Virus record (IMG/VR): IMGVR_UViG_3300032061_000001 | Span: 9,895-73,894 of that record | Reading direction: 5' to 3' (one strand) | Source: a virus | DNA length: 64,000 nt | Shown here: positions 18,297 to 28,415 of the stretch, piece after piece | Layout of the letters: each line of letters opens with the position of its first letter | Position numbering within the stretch: position 1 is the first letter of the stretch | Program-made: the position numbers and the translations under genes | The notes under the pieces: model-generated | What the model saw: only the letters and a program-made list of their open reading frames with translations | What the model was told of the DNA's origin: nothing | The model's database searches: none

Positions 18297-19295
18297 TTAC
18301 TTTTTCTTTTCTGAATCAAGAAACCCTTTGTACTGCTCAATCAGCTCATAAGTCAATTGAGCTTCTTTTTCGTTCCTTGTCCGGAGAGCATTCTGTTTTT
18401 CATCCGGTTTTGGGATCTTTTTCTCCGAGATAAGTGTTTTGATTGCTTCCTGATATTCCGGATCGTCAATAACTGTCCCAAGCTTTTCAACAAAAGATAT
18501 CTTTGGTTTAGAGGTGTCCGCCATGATGTTTTTACCACCGGTGACCACTTCTCCTTCAACTGGTTTTTCATCCGGTACAGGGATATCTCCTTCAATGACT
18601 AGCTTACCTGATATTCTGGTTAATACCCGGGAAAAGAGTTTGCTTTCTGCCAGACCAACCAGCTTGTCGATGCCAGAATATTGGTCAAACTCGACATGAA
18701 TGACGCAAACATCATCACCATATCCAATCGATTGTTCAACCCCGTTATTAAACCACTTTGCCTGACATCTCATCATCGCCACGGTGCCGTCTTTTTTTGG
18801 TCCCCCGACTGTATGAGTAAACTTCTTTACGAGATCATTAATCTTCCGGTGTTTACCATTCTTGACCGGCATCCCTTTTCCATTAATAATGTTGATCTCA
18901 TTACCGGTGAATCGGTATCCTTCCAGCATAGGAGGGATCAAAGCCTCCACAATGTCTTCATAGGTATAAGGATGCTTTTGCCATTGCGGGGATGATTGTT
19001 TGGCATTGTATTTTGCCAATGATTCAGGCGATCGGTCCGTCAAAAAACCCAACGTCGAATCCTGCATTGTCTCAACGAGTTTTTTGACGTCTGGATTTTG
19101 AAAGAATTGTCTCAGCGAATTAAGCCCATTGGCGATTATCAAGGAGTCCTGAAGCGTTTGAACTGCTTTTGCGGTTGCTGGTACACAAGAATCTATTGTC
19201 GCCTGCATGGCATTTAATGTTTCTTCCGGAATGGTTATCGGCCCGGGTATTTCTCTTTGTTGCGTTTTTTGAATTGATTTGTTTACCATATTCAT
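18297..19295 (-). CDS. putative ssDNA-annealing/recombination protein
   Basis: immediately downstream of the RecE-like nuclease; start reset to MNMVNK behind GAGG; function inferred from synteny only. Confidence 0.4.
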   Translation of the reverse strand: MNMVNKSIQKTQQREIPGPITIPEETLNAMQATIDSCVPATAKAVQTLQDSLIIANGLNSLRQFFQNPDVKKLVETMQDSTLGFLTDRSPESLAKYNAKQSSPQWQKHPYTYEDIVEALIPPMLEGYRFTGNEINIINGKGMPVKNGKHRKINDLVKKFTHTVGGPKKDGTVAMMRCQAKWFNNGVEQSIGYGDDVCVIHVEFDQYSGIDKLVGLAESKLFSRVLTRISGKLVIEGDIPVPDEKPVEGEVVTGGKNIMADTSKPKISFVEKLGTVIDDPEYQEAIKTLISEKKIPKPDEKQNALRTRNEKEAQLTYELIEQYKGFLDSEKKK

Positions 19296-19305
19296 TTGAT
19301 TATCC

Positions 19306-20331
19306 TCAATAGGTTTCCGGTTTCCGCATTGCAATGGTGTCAATGCCTGTTTCGGGGATCTCATAACCAGTCCAGATTGAATTATCTCTCATCCATCTCG
19401 CTTTGTTCTCTAAAGCTTTGCGGTAATCATACCAACCAGCTTCCATATCCCAATCAGGGAGTTGAATCACCCTAACCTTTTCTTTCGCAGGTTTTATCGT
19501 TTCCGCGAATATCAGCCTAAAATAAACAGGCTTAAGAGTGAACCTAGACACAACAGACTGATACATAGCGGCCTGGATGTCATAGCGCCACTTCCAGCAA
19601 GCTTTTTTAATGTTGCTATCGGTTGCCACATCTCCGATTGATTTCCAATCGTTTATCCAGATTTCATCCTCGAATTCAATTAATTCATCCGGACGGACTC
19701 TTACTTTGACGGGGACGGTAACTCCATCAATATCGACATCAACGGTCGAAAAGAATGAAAGTTCTGCATGTCCCTTATAGCCAAGCAATCGACTTGTCAC
19801 CGGATTTCCACGTATGGCTTCAACCATTGCTTGTGAATTGTTATAATTCTCAGTCGTCACTTTTTGCTTTCCATCCAGAAATATTTCTTCAAGTTGGTTG
19901 GCAAGCTCATGAAGCTCATCACGCGAGGTTGCTTTTGCCGTCATTAATGCCATATCCTTTTCGTATTCTTTTCCATATACAATAGGATAATACTTAAGAA
20001 TAAAACTGGCTGCATCTGACTTATCTCGTTTTCCCCAATTATCAACTACGCGGGAAAACTCTGAGAGATCTTTTCCTGTTCGCAAGGCTTCCATAGAATC
20101 ATGAAAAAGCGTACCGAATGCCATAGCATCCGTTGACTTCTTTTCCATATCAAGCCAATGTTTGATCGTAATGAGAAGCAGTTTGACTGTTGTGCTGCTC
20201 TCAGATTCTGAAAATGAATGATATTGCTCATTCGGCAATCCGGAATAGATCTTCCCATATTCCGGTTTGAATGTAGCAAGATCGGAAGGTTGTAAATGAA
20301 TTACCTGATCACTGATTGATTTCAAATCCAA
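19306..20331 (-). CDS. RecE/exonuclease VIII-like PD-(D/E)XK nuclease (DUF3799)
   Basis: NEQYH..SST..AMAFGTLFH..E..RVRPD..INDWKS..YDIQAAMY. Confidence 0.88.
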   Translation of the reverse strand: MDLKSISDQVIHLQPSDLATFKPEYGKIYSGLPNEQYHSFSESESSTTVKLLLITIKHWLDMEKKSTDAMAFGTLFHDSMEALRTGKDLSEFSRVVDNWGKRDKSDAASFILKYYPIVYGKEYEKDMALMTAKATSRDELHELANQLEEIFLDGKQKVTTENYNNSQAMVEAIRGNPVTSRLLGYKGHAELSFFSTVDVDIDGVTVPVKVRVRPDELIEFEDEIWINDWKSIGDVATDSNIKKACWKWRYDIQAAMYQSVVSRFTLKPVYFRLIFAETIKPAKEKVRVIQLPDWDMEAGWYDYRKALENKARWMRDNSIWTGYEIPETGIDTIAMRKPETY

Positions 20332-20357
20332 ATTTAACTCCTATATTAAAGTTTTGT

Positions 20358-20388
20358 TTATAATCTATTACTTTATTAAGAACGTCAA
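20358..20388 (-). promoter_or_regulatory. early promoter/operator
   Basis: TTGACG plus a 19-nt box identical to 22291-22309. Confidence 0.55.
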
Positions 20389-20396
20389 CAAAAAAG

Positions 20397-21008
20397 TTAA
20401 GCCATAAGATATTTATTCTCTATGATTAATCGCGACCATGCCACTTCATAGCGCAGATGAACTATTTCTTCATCATCTTTTTTAGGTTGTACCGATAATT
20501 CAGTCCCGCATTTGTGGTGTGCCCAAACTGTTAATCGATCATCAATCTTTATTGCCGTCCCGGAACCATATTTCATCTTATAATATGGAACTTCACAATG
20601 ATGAAAATAACAAGTTCCATCATCAGGAAGGGCACATATCCAACATTTTTTTTCATCGGGTATTTGAAGGTCGTGTAAGCGAGGTCTTGAATTATGTATT
20701 TTGGACGTTTTTGGTTTATCGCCAGGCTTTCCTGTTTTTCTTGGGGATAAGATATCAATAGATCTGGGCCATGTAGGTTTACGGAGATAATTTGCATCGG
20801 GACCCGGATCATTCCCCACAATCGACAACATTTCATCTGGATCTATTTTCAATGACCGTGACAGGATAACTATTTCGTAATTTGTAGGAAACATATCGTT
20901 GCAAAGTGAATCTATTCTATTTTTTGGTAGTTTAGATTCTTTGGAAATGTCTCTTCTAGTTTTACCAGAATCACGGATCTTCTCTTGGAACCATTCATGA
21001 AACTGCAT
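20397..21008 (-). CDS. XRE-HTH fused to DUF968/DUF1364-like HNH/Zn domain
   Basis: N-terminal HTH; C-terminal CWIC..HH..GSGTAIKIDD..AHHKC. Confidence 0.55.
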   Translation of the reverse strand: MQFHEWFQEKIRDSGKTRRDISKESKLPKNRIDSLCNDMFPTNYEIVILSRSLKIDPDEMLSIVGNDPGPDANYLRKPTWPRSIDILSPRKTGKPGDKPKTSKIHNSRPRLHDLQIPDEKKCWICALPDDGTCYFHHCEVPYYKMKYGSGTAIKIDDRLTVWAHHKCGTELSVQPKKDDEEIVHLRYEVAWSRLIIENKYLMA

Positions 21009-21321
21009 TTAATTTCTCCTTTTCGGATTCCATGAAAAAAACGAGAGCACTTTCAAAATCAAGTTTAATATCTTCCCCTGGTTCTTCGATTTCATATTCT
21101 TTATTCGGTGACCATAGGAACCATTCATAATCCAGCACCTTCTTAAACAAGATTTCGCCTGAGTCATCAGATGCAACCATACAATCTTCTTTTTCATAGA
21201 CAGAGAGATTATGTTTCTTGACCAACGTTTTAAATTTCCGATCGAGAAAAGATCTTTGTTTGTGACGTTTTGCTGTCCAAATTTCATGACTTTCGGGACC
21301 AAACAATGTTATCAATTTCAT
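20995..21321 (-). CDS. hypothetical protein
   Basis: 108-aa ORF with TAATG coupling to the upstream gene. Confidence 0.5.
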   Translation of the reverse strand: MKLITLFGPESHEIWTAKRHKQRSFLDRKFKTLVKKHNLSVYEKEDCMVASDDSGEILFKKVLDYEWFLWSPNKEYEIEEPGEDIKLDFESALVFFMESEKEKLNAVS

Positions 21322-21761
21322 TAAACAAACTGTAATATACGTTCTACCTGGATATTGAATTCAGCCTCAGACATTCCAGGCAACAAAATATCAAGATGAG
21401 CAAGCATATGATCTACCGTTCTTGAGAATAGTTTTGTGAATTTAGGTTCTGACATTGATCTGAATGATATCGATTCCGGAAATTCTCTGATCTTCCCCTC
21501 ATAATCCCTTCCAATTTCAACACTCCCGATATCCATTTGGATCAGTTTGATTAAATAATGAGCTGATTTCCAATTGCGATTTCGATACACAACTAAATTG
21601 ATAAGAGCGAAATATTTTTTTAAGAACCCATAATTACGCTCTTTCCAGGGAATGACTTCGAACTTCTGCCCAATCTTAAATGAATCAAAAATTCTCTTTG
21701 CGTCATCATCTATTGGTTGAGCGTATCCTGGTGTTTTCTCAAGAAATATTACATCTGACAA
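21321..21761 (-). CDS. DUF1367 / NinB-like protein
   Basis: RNYGFLKKYFAL..SISFRSMSEPKF..LF. Confidence 0.75.
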   Translation of the reverse strand: MSDVIFLEKTPGYAQPIDDDAKRIFDSFKIGQKFEVIPWKERNYGFLKKYFALINLVVYRNRNWKSAHYLIKLIQMDIGSVEIGRDYEGKIREFPESISFRSMSEPKFTKLFSRTVDHMLAHLDILLPGMSEAEFNIQVERILQFV

Positions 21762-22012
21762 GCTGTTTCCTTCTTTTTAAACCGTTTTGAGATTTCCCAA
21801 ATTGCCATTATAGCAATCAATCCAATGACCGTCAGAGCGTTTTTCATACACTTATACCAATCTTTTCCAAATACCTTTTATTTTAGCTTTTAGAATTCCC
21901 CTGGTAAGCTTTTCTTTGGAAAGTGTCGGCTTACCATCTTTCCCAGATTGTACTTTTACTTGTAATGCCTCTTTGAGAAAAGGGGATGATGGTTTTAACT
22001 TTTTATCATCCA

Positions 22013-22255
22013 TTATTCTTTTCCCCATACTTCTTTCATAGACTTTCCAATTATTTCGCAGATCCGTTGTTGAATCCTGCGTGACGTTTGACGTCTATGA
22101 ATTACTTGGTTTACAGCCGATTGTCGAACTGGCGGATCAAGATTATCCGCGATATCCGTCTGGGTTACTTTTGCGAGTTCGAGAAGTTCCTTAATTTTAT
22201 CCGCTGACATTCCCGGAATTAAAGTTGATTTATAAGTTTCTGTTTCTGTATGCAT
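22013..22255 (-). CDS. Cro/Ner-like HTH regulator
   Basis: IK.LL....TQTDIA....VRQSAVNQVI...SRRIQ..I...IG...EVW. Confidence 0.8.
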   Translation of the reverse strand: MHTETETYKSTLIPGMSADKIKELLELAKVTQTDIADNLDPPVRQSAVNQVIHRRQTSRRIQQRICEIIGKSMKEVWGKE

Positions 22256-22289
22256 GGCTCCTCTTATTATTTTAATAGTGTTTTCTATA

Positions 22290-22319
22290 CTTATAATCTA
22301 TTACTTTATAGACTGTCAA
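22290..22319 (-). promoter_or_regulatory. early promoter/operator
   Basis: TTGACA-18-TATAAG overlapping the 19-nt box shared with 20358-20376. Confidence 0.65.
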
Positions 22320-22336
22320 CAATAAAAATTGAATGA

Positions 22337-22717
22337 TCACTTCATTTTGTAAAATTCAAGATCTGTCATATTAGGGAAATTCTGATCAATGTATGCTTGA
22401 TAGCTTGCTTCTCCGATGTATCCATATCCGCGATCGATCTTTTTAAGATCTCTTATTTTGTAAATTTTTTCTTCGACTTGGTCGATAATACCGACCTGGA
22501 CAATATCATCCTTCGTTAATTGATAAATATAATAAATACTTCTTCCATTTTGATCGATGGAAACCCAAAGCCGCTTATGAATTATTTTAGGGGATTCGGG
22601 GACATTCTGCTCTTTTGTCTCTTCGATGGCTGGCTTATCTTTTGTGAATGGAATCCAACCAGCCATACAAAATCCGGGGATAATTAATAAAATAACTAGT
22701 ATGATTGATTTCCTCAT
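22337..22717 (-). CDS. exported hypothetical protein
   Basis: N-terminal signal peptide MRKSIILVILLIIPGFCMA. Confidence 0.55.
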   Translation of the reverse strand: MRKSIILVILLIIPGFCMAGWIPFTKDKPAIEETKEQNVPESPKIIHKRLWVSIDQNGRSIYYIYQLTKDDIVQVGIIDQVEEKIYKIRDLKKIDRGYGYIGEASYQAYIDQNFPNMTDLEFYKMK

Positions 22718-22719
22718 TA

Positions 22720-23391
22720 TCAATCACCCCAATTCAAAGGAACCGAGAATGAAATTGAAACAACAGAAAAAGATCCGTCTCCCTGTATTTTTGAGATGTC
22801 TTTACTGTCTTGCCCTTTCAATTTAGCGTCAATAAACCGATATCCCAAGACGATCTTATTTTTACCGATGGGGACATCGACCGATATTCCCCTCTCAACC
22901 GCAACATCCAAATCCGGTTCTTCACCATTTTCGTTTTTGAGGAATATCTTCCCTCCCCCTGCAAAAACAGCAACCGTTGGCATCACATAAACACCAATCC
23001 CTCCAAAAATCATCTGCGAAGACCATTTCGGGTCATAAGCTGATCCATAAACTTTTGCCTTATCAGCGGCTCGGACCCCATACCAAATATATGCATATAA
23101 TGTGGATGACAGATTATGTTTTAATTCCAAATCATAATTATCCGTCCTTACCGCATAGCTTCCTCCAGATGGAGAATCGAGTATTCCCATCCTGAAATCA
23201 ATCTCGAAATCGGGACGCTGGATTAATTCCCTTGGAGTATCTGCATATACCGGGCATACGTCTTTCTTTGGATTGATAATCTTTGTAACTTTTGTTTCGA
23301 CTGTATTATATGCGTTCCCAACAGCACTCATTTGAGCAAATGCTGGAAATGATAAGAACAATGCTATTAACAAAATAATGAATTGCTTCAT
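22720..23391 (-). CDS. putative outer-membrane beta-barrel protein
   Basis: signal peptide ending AFA; alternating amphipathic strands (YAYIWYG, FGGIGVY, VLGYRF, VSISFSVP). Confidence 0.55.
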   Translation of the reverse strand: MKQFIILLIALFLSFPAFAQMSAVGNAYNTVETKVTKIINPKKDVCPVYADTPRELIQRPDFEIDFRMGILDSPSGGSYAVRTDNYDLELKHNLSSTLYAYIWYGVRAADKAKVYGSAYDPKWSSQMIFGGIGVYVMPTVAVFAGGGKIFLKNENGEEPDLDVAVERGISVDVPIGKNKIVLGYRFIDAKLKGQDSKDISKIQGDGSFSVVSISFSVPLNWGD

Positions 23392-23455
23392 TGGTCTCCT
23401 TTTTTGAGTTTAAAAAGTTACGAGATTATCACATGTTGATTCTAATTGTTATTTC

Positions 23456-24646
23456 TTAATGGAGAGGGGTTAGTGAATTGCAAGCCGATTCTACCTCTGT
23501 CGTGTCTGGTGTGGCATCAGCATTGTCAATCTGAACTATCACAGGGGTGCTGTCGGAATAACGGGTTCCGCAAAAAATTACCACATCGCTTGTTGAATCG
23601 GTATAGGCTGCAAGATGTGTAATATTATTACCAGAATTTATTTGTGTCGCTGTAGGGCCAATTATATCAATTCTCCATAAACCTTTTGGATATAAAGATG
23701 CTGTACTAGATGACGCATATAATTTTGAATCTGAATTTGACAGTCTAAAATTAGTTGCGCTCATCGGAACCGGGAAAACAAATTTTTCAGCATCTGTTGA
23801 TTCGTCCCCCGTTGAATAAATATTTTTTTCATTGCAGACAAAATACCCATTCGATGACAATTCCATACTGCGACAGCTTGACGCATTGCTTAGTTCTCCA
23901 AGATATATATCATATGCGCTACCAGAATGGGTACAATACCACGCTATATATGCATTTAATTTAGCAGGAATCCCGTGGATATTCCCGTCTTTCATATACC
24001 ATTTTTGAAAATCGCCCCAAGACGATTGGGGAGTTCCGACCATAAATCCGCTCTCCCATTCAAAAACAAATTTTCTTACACTAGCATCAGCATTGATATA
24101 CGTATCTGTACAATAAGGATTATAATCAGAAGAATTAAAATCATAATTATCATTAAGTGAATGCAACGTTCCGTTTGTTTCTCGATAATTAACAGAATTT
24201 CCATAAATGATGACCATTTCACCGTTTTGGTTAATGGCAAATTGATCGGCATTGGTGAAAAAGTTATCTGAATATGTATCATTTGGGTTGATAACCAGCG
24301 CCCGCATTTCATTCGATTGATTTCGGTAATAAATCGTTGAACCGATCTGTCGAAAATAGGGAGAATCAATCATTGAAGATGATGGATAAGCCCTCAATGG
24401 CAATTCAACCGCTGAGTCATCAGGACGTACAAATGCTGTTGTTGTATCTCCACTTGCATCGATAAATTCAACAGCTGCAACAAAATCGGATGAATATTGA
24501 ATCCTGTAACCTGCTACTGCTGTTTTTCCTTCTCCACCTGTAATAGGAACTTCGGAAAGCTCCCAGCCAGTCAACGTAAATAAACCCTGCGAATATGCTG
24601 GAATTGAAAGCAGCAATGCTACTAAAAAAATAAATAACTTTTTCAT
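23456..24646 (-). CDS. exported beta-rich (propeller-like) protein
   Basis: signal peptide ending AYS; Ser/Thr/Asn/Tyr-rich short strands, several Cys. Confidence 0.5.
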   Translation of the reverse strand: MKKLFIFLVALLLSIPAYSQGLFTLTGWELSEVPITGGEGKTAVAGYRIQYSSDFVAAVEFIDASGDTTTAFVRPDDSAVELPLRAYPSSSMIDSPYFRQIGSTIYYRNQSNEMRALVINPNDTYSDNFFTNADQFAINQNGEMVIIYGNSVNYRETNGTLHSLNDNYDFNSSDYNPYCTDTYINADASVRKFVFEWESGFMVGTPQSSWGDFQKWYMKDGNIHGIPAKLNAYIAWYCTHSGSAYDIYLGELSNASSCRSMELSSNGYFVCNEKNIYSTGDESTDAEKFVFPVPMSATNFRLSNSDSKLYASSSTASLYPKGLWRIDIIGPTATQINSGNNITHLAAYTDSTSDVVIFCGTRYSDSTPVIVQIDNADATPDTTEVESACNSLTPLH

Positions 24647-24654
24647 AGTCCCCT

Positions 24655-24834
24655 CTATTTGAAAACCAGATTATTTTTCCCCGATAATTCAATTCTTGTG
24701 ATCGGGTTTTTAACAGTTGTGTATTGAGCTTCTGTTGTCCCGTTCTCGTTATTCCCGCTATCAGAATTTGAATCAGCGCAAGAATACAGAAACAAAAAGG
24801 CCATTATTGCCAAGGCAATCAATAGTTTTTTCAT
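24655..24834 (-). CDS. 59-aa lipoprotein (below ORF-track cutoff)
   Basis: MKKLLIALAIMAFLFLYS-C lipobox; AGGAGG RBS. Confidence 0.6.
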   Translation of the reverse strand: MKKLLIALAIMAFLFLYSCADSNSDSGNNENGTTEAQYTTVKNPITRIELSGKNNLVFK

Positions 24835-24863
24835 GCTTCCTCCTATGTTTTAATTTATTTGTA

Positions 24864-25349
24864 TTATGGGGTAGCATTTGATATTTTGTCAATTATTTCC
24901 TGCAATTTTGCTAATCTGCCATTATTGAAAGCAATGAATTCGTCCGGTGTTATCTCTTCTAAATCACGCCTTGAAAGCTGGAAGGCCAGTTCTGATTTTG
25001 GGTATCCATTATCAGTCATGTAATTGTCTTTCAATTGCTTTGCAAGGTTTTTGTTTGTTTTTGCTGCAAACAGCTTTTGATTATACTCGGCTTCTTTTGC
25101 TTTCTTTCGTTCTTCGGCTTCTTCGGAGTCGATTTGTTCTTTAGTTCGTTCGTCAAATTCAAATCCTTCTCTGATTGCCTGCTCTAACCAAGGATATTTG
25201 ATTGTCATTTTTGATGATTTTAGAGCGGCTCCATTGACTCTATTTGCATGCTGATTGATCAGATCTTTGTATTGATCTATTACCGACTGAATTTGTTCTG
25301 CTGTATCGAATCCTTGGTATTGTCCTGAGTATATTTTCATTGTTTCCAT
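24864..25349 (-). CDS. putative tail fibre assembly protein
   Basis: overlaps the 3' end of the fibre gene; helical; synteny only. Confidence 0.4.
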   Translation of the reverse strand: METMKIYSGQYQGFDTAEQIQSVIDQYKDLINQHANRVNGAALKSSKMTIKYPWLEQAIREGFEFDERTKEQIDSEEAEERKKAKEAEYNQKLFAAKTNKNLAKQLKDNYMTDNGYPKSELAFQLSRRDLEEITPDEFIAFNNGRLAKLQEIIDKISNATP

Positions 25350-27523
25350 GCTCCAAAACGGTTAACACTTATTGGCTGTGTTTGTGATCCTGCTCTTGGG
25401 GTTCCATTTGTGCCATCATCAAATGGATATAATCCACTTGAAGATCCTTGTGACCCCGTACTGAGTTTTGAGATTGCATAACCACTCTGAGTATTACCTG
25501 AATTTACGTTTCCAGGATCAGCCCCCACCCCATAATATACCGTTGACGCCACATTAGCTCCAATCTGAAATTGCTGAAATGCATCAACAGCATAACTAAT
25601 ACCAGTATTCCCACCCCAATCAATCGTAAGATCACCGCTTGAAGTTACAGAAACAGGATCACGGCTTTCTGAATCAATCAGGAAAATACTATTGTCGTCT
25701 GTATCATTGTGAACTATTTTTGAGATGACGGTTGTTTTCGGGGTTCCACTTCCATATTGTGGTATATTTTCGCCAGCATCGTATACTCTGCACCCAACTT
25801 TAACTTTTAAAATATCTGCATCTGATATTCCTGAAATTTCAGCACTTGCAGATGACGTATAAGTTGATATAGTTGTTGCAGATCCTAGTGTTAATGGATG
25901 TGTCCTTGTATGAGGATTAGGGTCTACGGTTCCGTCTCCAAGAGAAACGGGTCTGATAAAACGACCACCGTCCGCCGCTGTTGTAAGATATTTCCAGTTT
26001 GATGGTGAATCTAATGGGTTCCAGCAAGGGCCTATCTGTAAAGTTTGGCTACCTCCAAGATATTTCCACATGTCACAAAAACAGTTCTCGCCATCGTTAG
26101 AACCTAAATCCGGAATCCCATTATTCCAGTTTCCATTCTCATAAAGAATGTAAGGATCTCTTAGTTCAACCGGAGTAAAAAAGAAAGTTGGGACATCCCC
26201 GGAAAAGATAAGCTTTCTATTTAGCCAGATTCTATTTTTGAAACCTCTGTTTTTGATGTAACGCCATTGCTCAAGTGTTGCGTCATCAAGGGTTGATGGG
26301 AGAGGCATTGATGAAAAATCTTGATCCGTTATTAGATCAATTTCACCATTATTCCCATGAATGATTATTGGATATGGGACTCCGCCACCCTGATCGCCAA
26401 GTGGTATTACAAAATGGCGATCCACATCGATTTTTGGTCTAAGGTAAGTATCTGGAAATTCCAGATTTGCGGTTAGTTCTTCGATTGATTTTATCTTGGT
26501 CCAATCCCCCGTTATTGGCGTTCTGATAACGTCCCCTTTAGTTTTAAAAAGCTTTGTCGCCGGATCATAACTGACATATTTTTCAGATTCGCTATAATTA
26601 GCAAGCTCTGATGTCGTCATGACCACCATATCTGGCTGATCCAAATATTGGATGTCTTGCCCCTTTAAATGCAAGTTTCCATTATCAAAATAGGATCCGG
26701 AAAAGCTCGCTCCCTCTTCAATTATAAAACCAGTTCCCTTAATCACAAGCGCATGGCAGACACCATTCAGAATTAGGCTACCAGTACCGGTCAGATATAA
26801 ATCGCCGGAAGATTCTCCTGATAATGTCAGATCATATGCTCCAATGTCTATTTCCGTATCTGGATTATCCATATAGAATTTGACATCGGTTGTGATTTCT
26901 CTGCTTGCCGTTAATCCAACTCCATCAATGAATAATAATTTGTCACCATCGGCAAGAGCAGCAATAAATGTTGTTTCAAGATTTGTTACCCTTTGATTCG
27001 TTAATGAGGGTCCGACAACAATATCGGGATGGATATGTTCTGTTTTTCCGAAAAGAGACGATTCCGTTTCTGAAATAGTATTGTAGAAACTGATTATATA
27101 GAGCACACCATTTCCCAGTAGACTATAGCCAATAATGATAGCATCTTCAGGAGTTACTGCCCCCTGTACCGTTGAATTTGATAGGTATCCATGTACTATT
27201 GCGCCACCGCTGGTTATATATGACACATACCATCCATCATCCGATAAGGCATATGGGCCTGCTGCCGAAATAGTAACTTTTGTTCCATTGACATATACAA
27301 CACCCGAAGATGTATTAATGGCATTATTCCCCCCATCTTGGGAAATGACACATCCGGATATAACACCATTATTTTCGGCATGATTCTTTTCCAGAAAATC
27401 ATCAATATATTCTTCGAACCATTGATGATTAAAATAATTTGGCAATAAGGGGAGATGCCTAGCACGACCCCTAAAAGTGGTTCTAGTTGTTCCTGTCGGA
27501 TTATAATAAGAATAGTCTACCAT
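25337..27523 (-). CDS. tail fibre protein
   Basis: follows the baseplate genes; N-terminal GVISGC..SSGVVYVNG anchor; collar-like GRFIR and C-terminal DAFQ..GTPR...TQP. Confidence 0.75.
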   Translation of the reverse strand: MVDYSYYNPTGTTRTTFRGRARHLPLLPNYFNHQWFEEYIDDFLEKNHAENNGVISGCVISQDGGNNAINTSSGVVYVNGTKVTISAAGPYALSDDGWYVSYITSGGAIVHGYLSNSTVQGAVTPEDAIIIGYSLLGNGVLYIISFYNTISETESSLFGKTEHIHPDIVVGPSLTNQRVTNLETTFIAALADGDKLLFIDGVGLTASREITTDVKFYMDNPDTEIDIGAYDLTLSGESSGDLYLTGTGSLILNGVCHALVIKGTGFIIEEGASFSGSYFDNGNLHLKGQDIQYLDQPDMVVMTTSELANYSESEKYVSYDPATKLFKTKGDVIRTPITGDWTKIKSIEELTANLEFPDTYLRPKIDVDRHFVIPLGDQGGGVPYPIIIHGNNGEIDLITDQDFSSMPLPSTLDDATLEQWRYIKNRGFKNRIWLNRKLIFSGDVPTFFFTPVELRDPYILYENGNWNNGIPDLGSNDGENCFCDMWKYLGGSQTLQIGPCWNPLDSPSNWKYLTTAADGGRFIRPVSLGDGTVDPNPHTRTHPLTLGSATTISTYTSSASAEISGISDADILKVKVGCRVYDAGENIPQYGSGTPKTTVISKIVHNDTDDNSIFLIDSESRDPVSVTSSGDLTIDWGGNTGISYAVDAFQQFQIGANVASTVYYGVGADPGNVNSGNTQSGYAISKLSTGSQGSSSGLYPFDDGTNGTPRAGSQTQPISVNRFGAWKQ

Positions 27524-27526
27524 TGT

Positions 27527-28414
27527 TTATCCACCATAAAATGCGCCATAAGAAGCACCATATCCAGCACCCTCTGTTCCATATCCTGGAATAAATGGAG
27601 GGGGGATGACATAATCAGTATTCGTTTCAGAAGAATTTCCAAAGTTTAAGCAATATTCATCATGATTTGGAGCCGGACAAAAAATAAATAATCGTTTCCC
27701 GGCCAACGCGATATTGAAGAATATTTGATTGATGAACGATATTTTTTCGTAGTCTTTTGCTTCCAGATATAGATTAATGGAATCAGATTCTGATTTGGTA
27801 TTCCATTTGAAGGTGTCTTTCCTGGAATCTTCGAGAGTGAAATTGGTTAATCCATATTTGGCGAGTGTTTTTCGTAATGCGATTAAAGATGAACTTTGCC
27901 CAAACAATCCAGTAATGGCCCTCGCCATATACTCCGAATCCGTTTCGGGAATGCCATTAATAATCAATCGTTGGCTTTGAAATATAGCCTCCCAGAAATA
28001 TAATAGACCGTCAACTGTTGCCAACCATGGATTTGTCTCAGTTAAAAATTGGTTTCTCCTCCTATCCAATTTCTGTAGAATGGCAGCAATTGCATCCAGC
28101 ATGATAATATTTGGATTGGTATAGATTAAAACATTATCTTCATCATCGATTTGTTCTATCATGTCGATGGTACAAGCATCATAGTTACCTGTCCCGACAA
28201 TTCCCAACTCGGATTTTAATTCTGCAAAAGTCCATTCATCTTTCTGATATTCGATATCATCAATGACAATAGATTCCAATTTATCAAGATAACTGTACCC
28301 GGCCAATGAAAAATAGGATAATAGATCAAGCTCTTTTGTGATCATCCACGGCGGCATTTGATCGATTAATATTTTTCGATATTCTTTGATTGATAAATTG
28401 ATTCCGTCTGCCAT
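27527..28414 (-). CDS. baseplate wedge protein (gpI-like)
   Basis: TA.G.L.FWE..F..R...ETDSEY..R motif after baseplate J. Confidence 0.6.
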   Translation of the reverse strand: MADGINLSIKEYRKILIDQMPPWMITKELDLLSYFSLAGYSYLDKLESIVIDDIEYQKDEWTFAELKSELGIVGTGNYDACTIDMIEQIDDEDNVLIYTNPNIIMLDAIAAILQKLDRRRNQFLTETNPWLATVDGLLYFWEAIFQSQRLIINGIPETDSEYMARAITGLFGQSSSLIALRKTLAKYGLTNFTLEDSRKDTFKWNTKSESDSINLYLEAKDYEKISFINQIFFNIALAGKRLFIFCPAPNHDEYCLNFGNSSETNTDYVIPPPFIPGYGTEGAGYGASYGAFYGG

Positions 28415-28415
28415 T

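Noticed and set aside
18188-18433. 81-aa plus-strand ORF over the tRNA-like element
   Set aside because: It is antisense to the operon, has no RBS, and the minus-strand RNA structure explains the sequence better.
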